Shown one piece after another: positions 46,730 to 50,671 of a stretch of DNA of 50,671 bases. The first letter of the stretch is position 1. Each line of letters begins with the position of its first letter. Where the stretch lies: contig NW_021834185.1 in NCBI RefSeq assembly GCF_006345805.1, positions 1-50,671 on the forward strand, given 5' to 3'. The DNA comes from Octopus sinensis (Eukaryota). The translations under genes were made by a program, and so were the position numbers. The notes below the pieces were generated by a model, which did not search any database, had not been told where the DNA came from, and saw only the letters and a program-made list of their open reading frames with translations.

Positions 46730-47400
46730 GATAACCCCTCACCGCTAGTCCTTTTGTTGGTGACAAAATAGACAATAAGAGGAAGATATTTCTGTAGCAT
46801 CATCATCGTTTAACGTCCGTTTTCCATGCTAGCATGGGTTGGATGATTTTGACTGAGGGTTGGCAACCAGATGGCTGCACCAGGCTCCAGTCTTGATCTG
46901 GCAGAGTTTCTACATCTGGAAGCCCTTCCTGACGCCAACCACTCTGAGAGTCTAGTGGGTGCTTTTTACATGCCACCAGCAATGGGGCCAGTCAGACGGT
47001 ACTGGCAATGACCTCGCTCGAATCTTTTTACATGTGCCAGTGAAGCGACATTGGTAACGATCACGCTCGAATGGTGCCCTTGTGCATGCCACGGGTACGG
47101 AAGCCAGTTGGCTGCTCTGGCAACGATCACGCTCGGATGGTGCTCTTGGCACCCTACTAGCACAGGCATAAGTGCCAGTAAGGCGACGCTGGTAACGACC
47201 ATACCATAGCGGAGAGGTGAAATTAGAAAGAATGGTTGGTCATGAAAGTAAAATGAAAGCTGGCACTGAACAAAGAATTTGAAGATCTTTGTTCTTGAGG
47301 GGGTCACTACTTAGTAAGTGAACGAGGTGCGTCTTCTAAGTCGGGTCACCAGTTTGTAGATGGCTGAGGTGCATGTTCGAATCATGTCAGGTCACCAATT

Positions 47401-47644
47401 TGTAAGGACTGTGTGTTGCGAGGTGACAAGAATGGCTCCCTACAAACTGGTGACTCTGACGTGATCTTAATTATACGCGGCAGATGGCACAATTAAGAGG
47501 CAAATTACACCAGTACCAACCAATCAGAATAGTGGACACAATGGGATCCAAATAGCAGCCAAAGGCTAGCTGTTACTTGCTACGTTCGAATGCACGATTA
47601 TACAATAAAGGGGAAAGAGGAATTTCCCTCAAGTCTACACTACA
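47401..47644 (+). mobile_element. LTR-like repeat copy 2 (244 bp, TGTAA...CTACA, AATAAA near the 3' end)
   Basis: Collinear with copy 1 once its insertion is removed. Confidence 0.6.
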
Positions 47645-49229
47645 ATCATTTCTCCAAAACCTGAAGTGAAAAAGTTTCTAGAAAAATCCTTTTGTTTCAT
47701 AATGATATTAATTTATTTTATTACATTTGTTGTATATTATTTTTTTTATATTTATAATTGTATTTTCCATATAAATAGATTCAATAAACCTTTTGAATTC
47801 AAGGAATCTGATTTTCTTCCTTTCAAATCAAGGGAGTAACGTCGGCGTTGGGTTAATTTAAAAAAAAAAGTTTCATGGCCCCTGACTTACGGAAATGGTT
47901 CCACTTGTAGTCTCTTATTAACCAGAGTCATTTTGAGCAAGTTTCCGTACCAATTTCTTGGATAGCTTTCTTCAGTTCTCTGGGTTCCAGGCTATCTTCT
48001 GCTGAAAATATTGCACTGATCCACACGGAAAGCTGTGGCAACCGATTTTAATGGGGAAAATGAGACCGTACGATTGACGAAACGAATTTGTTAACATAAA
48101 ATTCACTTTTCTTTTTATATCATTTGTAAAGGAAAAGCATATCAACTAAAAGAAATCTATAAAGTAAAAAATAAGTTAGCTTATAAGTTTATATATATGA
48201 ATATTAAGCTTTATCAGAAGAGAAGAGTTGAATTTGTCAAAGTAAAAGTAAAAAAAAAAGACGGAAACATATAATCTCAGAAAGTTTTTAAAATTTTCAT
48301 TTTCCGTTGAAATTTTAATTTCGAAGTTGCATAAAAAACCTGAAATTAAAGAAAAATAAACGAAACGAAACTAAGCGTTGCCCTCCTCATCATAAAATCC
48401 TATTTCTAAATGGAAATGAAAGGTTAAAGCCACCGTAGTGACCCCTTGTCTGTCTGTCTGCTCGAATCGTTATTTTGTTTTGTTTTGGTTTCATTACTTT
48501 ACTTAGTAAGACTAAATAAAATTAAGATACACAAACATGTGGATGTTATATTCATTTAAAAATGATGCTTTTCTTCCCGTAACCTGGCGGTTCGACAAAG
48601 ATGGTCGATAGAATAAGTACTAGGGCTGATTCATTCGTCTAAAAATTGGCGGTGCCCCAACATGGCCGTAGTGTAATAATGACTGGCACAAGTAAAAGAC
48701 TTTTGAAAATCCTTAAGCGCCTGTGTTTATACATAAGAAGGTGAAAAGCGAAACAAGACAAGATCTACAAAAATTCCAATTTTCTTCCCTTTTTTCTTCT
48801 TTGCAGAACCTTAATTTACGATGCTTAAAACAAGAACTCCCGAAAAAATAACGAAAAAAGAAGGAAAACGAAAAAGAAAACATTTTTTGCACAATAAATA
48901 ATTTACGACGCTATTGTACAGGATCACACATAGAAGTAACTGTGATAATTTAGTCAGACAAGTGATGGTCACATCTGGAGCACATCCGATTGTATTTTCT
49001 GGTGGATCAGTTAGCTCTGACTCCGGAAATAGATAAGCAATAATTAGTAATATTGCTAATAGGATAAAATTAATTGCTGCTGCTGCTGCAGCCGGGATTT
49101 TGTCATCAGGTGGTAAGTAAAAACAACAAGGTCGTCACCATCGCCGCTGTCACCATGATATATATATAGAAGCAGCTACGAAGGAACCTTGACGCTGTCA
49201 CTCGGTGTGCTAGAAATAGCAGCCATACA

Positions 49230-49448
49230 TACATCAACTCATACTCTTTTACTTGTTTCAGTCATTTGACTGCGGCCATGCTGGAGCACCGCCTTTAATC
49301 GAGCAACTCGACCCCGGGACTTATTCTTTGTAAGCCCAGTACTTATTCTATCGGTCTCTTGTTGCCGAACCGCTAAGTGACGGGGGACATAAACACACCA
49401 GCATCAGTTGTCAAGCAATGCTAGGGAGACAAACACAGACACACAAGT

Positions 49449-49479
<31 letters not shown>

Positions 49480-49525
49480 CATATATACGACGGGCTTCTT
49501 TCAGTTTCCGTCTACCAAATCCCTA
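49230..49525 (-). mobile_element. SINE family C, lacking its 5' head
   Basis: Match to the family C body and tail. Confidence 0.85.
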
Positions 49526-49722
49526 TCTGTATCGTTTTAAAAACCGGAAAACACATTGCGTATTGTCATCCTAGGTCACTGTGACTGAACAAGAATAACA
49601 AAATAAAAAAAAAAATAAAAACAAGAAAGGGTGGTCACCGCTGGAGTGCCTTTTGATTATAAGGCTCTTCGATCGCAGCAGTCACCGGTTGAACGTGGAG
49701 GCCTTAAAGTAAAAAAAAAGTG

Positions 49723-50103
49723 GGCGATCTTTCGTCTCTAGTAGACCTTTCCGTCGATTTCCGTAAAATTAAATTTTTTTTACATATGGGCTTGCGGGAA
49801 CTTTTGAAGTAATGAGAGCGAAAGAGACTAAGAGAAAGCGATTGTATGACGAGGGAAGTTCTTTTGAAGTTACCGTGCACACCCCATCAAACACACACAC
49901 ACACACACCACACACACACACACATGTACATCAATGCTTCCCATGCACGGTAACTTCAAAAGAACTTCCCTCGTCATACAATCGCTTTCTCTTAGTCTCT
50001 TTCGCTCTCATTACTTCAAAAATTCCCGCAAGCCCATATGTGTAAAAAAAAAATTTTTTTTACGGAAATCGACGGAAAGGTCTACTAGAGACGAAAGATC
50101 GCC
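49723..50103. repeat. Long inverted repeat, about 157-160-bp arms around a (CA)n spacer
   Basis: Arms 49723-49879 and 49944-50103. Confidence 0.95.
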
Positions 50104-50671
50104 AAAAAGTGCCCTGAAGTTCGTACTTCAACCGTCCTTAAGAAAACGGGAGGGCACATTCAATAATGTTGTCCTGGATACATTGTGTCTGAGAATAAAA
50201 AAAAAAAAAGGGGTGACACGGCTGGAGTGCCTTTTGATCATAAGTCTCCTAGATCACAGCTGACCGAGGGTTAAACAACAGTAGCAACAAGAGCAGCAAT
50301 TTACCGGTTGAACGAGGTGACGGGGGGCGACCCTACATGGTCAGTCGCCGTTAGAAACAGCAGCTAAATCGCTCTCTCAACTCACACTATCATCTTTAAA
50401 AAAATAAAAAGGTTTAAAGACACGTTGGGTAGGTAATGTCTTTCCAGGGATGGTCATGGCTGGAATACATTTGATCGTAATGTTAGTTAACCCAATCAAA
50501 GCTGACCTCGGGGTGGGTGGGGTTAATAAACACCTACAATTAATAGTAGTAGTAGTAGTAGTAGTAGCTGCAGTAGTCTCTCCCTTCCCTTCTCTACCTA
50601 TTTGTATTAGTTTGTATTAGGTGGTGGTGGTGGTGGTGGTAAGAGGAGTGGAAACAGCAACAGTCACCAAC

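Noticed and set aside
47887-49120. Divergent exon-like segments (- donor at about 47892; + acceptor at 48807 and donor at about 49114) suggesting a bidirectional promoter
   Set aside because: No consistent open frame or recognisable product; splice-like motifs alone are insufficient.

Overview
AT-rich, repeat-dense animal genomic DNA. The repeat families and gene content look like an octopus (coleoid cephalopod) genome, which is an inference from pattern recognition, not a database match. Two protein-coding genes are supported. (1) A + strand non-muscle/smooth-type myosin II regulatory light chain (sqh/MYL9/MYL12-like): coding exons 14197-14298, 16213-16453 and 17527-17741, 185 aa. (2) A - strand two-exon Myb/SANT-like (Harbinger-derived-type) gene: 33530-32688 plus 23555-22795, whose reading frame is broken by an apparent 1-nt deletion in a poly-Gly codon run. 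The rest is at least four SINE-type families, fragments of RTE, RTE-X, CR1 and R4-type LINEs, hAT and probable Chapaev-type transposase fossils, piggyBac-type MITEs, a pair of LTR-like repeats and large compound microsatellites. The most interesting signal is a set of minimal type I hammerhead ribozyme motifs (CUGANGA / helix II / GAAA / short helix III / NUH). Most sit inside head-to-head fold-back hairpins next to (TA)n or other short-repeat tracts, including a perfect 160-bp-arm palindrome with two intact copies (43786-44115) and one pair inside intron 1 of the myosin light chain gene. They resemble Penelope-like pLTR remnants, but no Penelope ORF was recognised in the window. A degenerate partial duplicate of myosin light chain exon 2 with its own acceptor also lies in intron 2. 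All structure calls were made by eye; no folding, alignment or database search was run. Most repeat boundaries are approximate.
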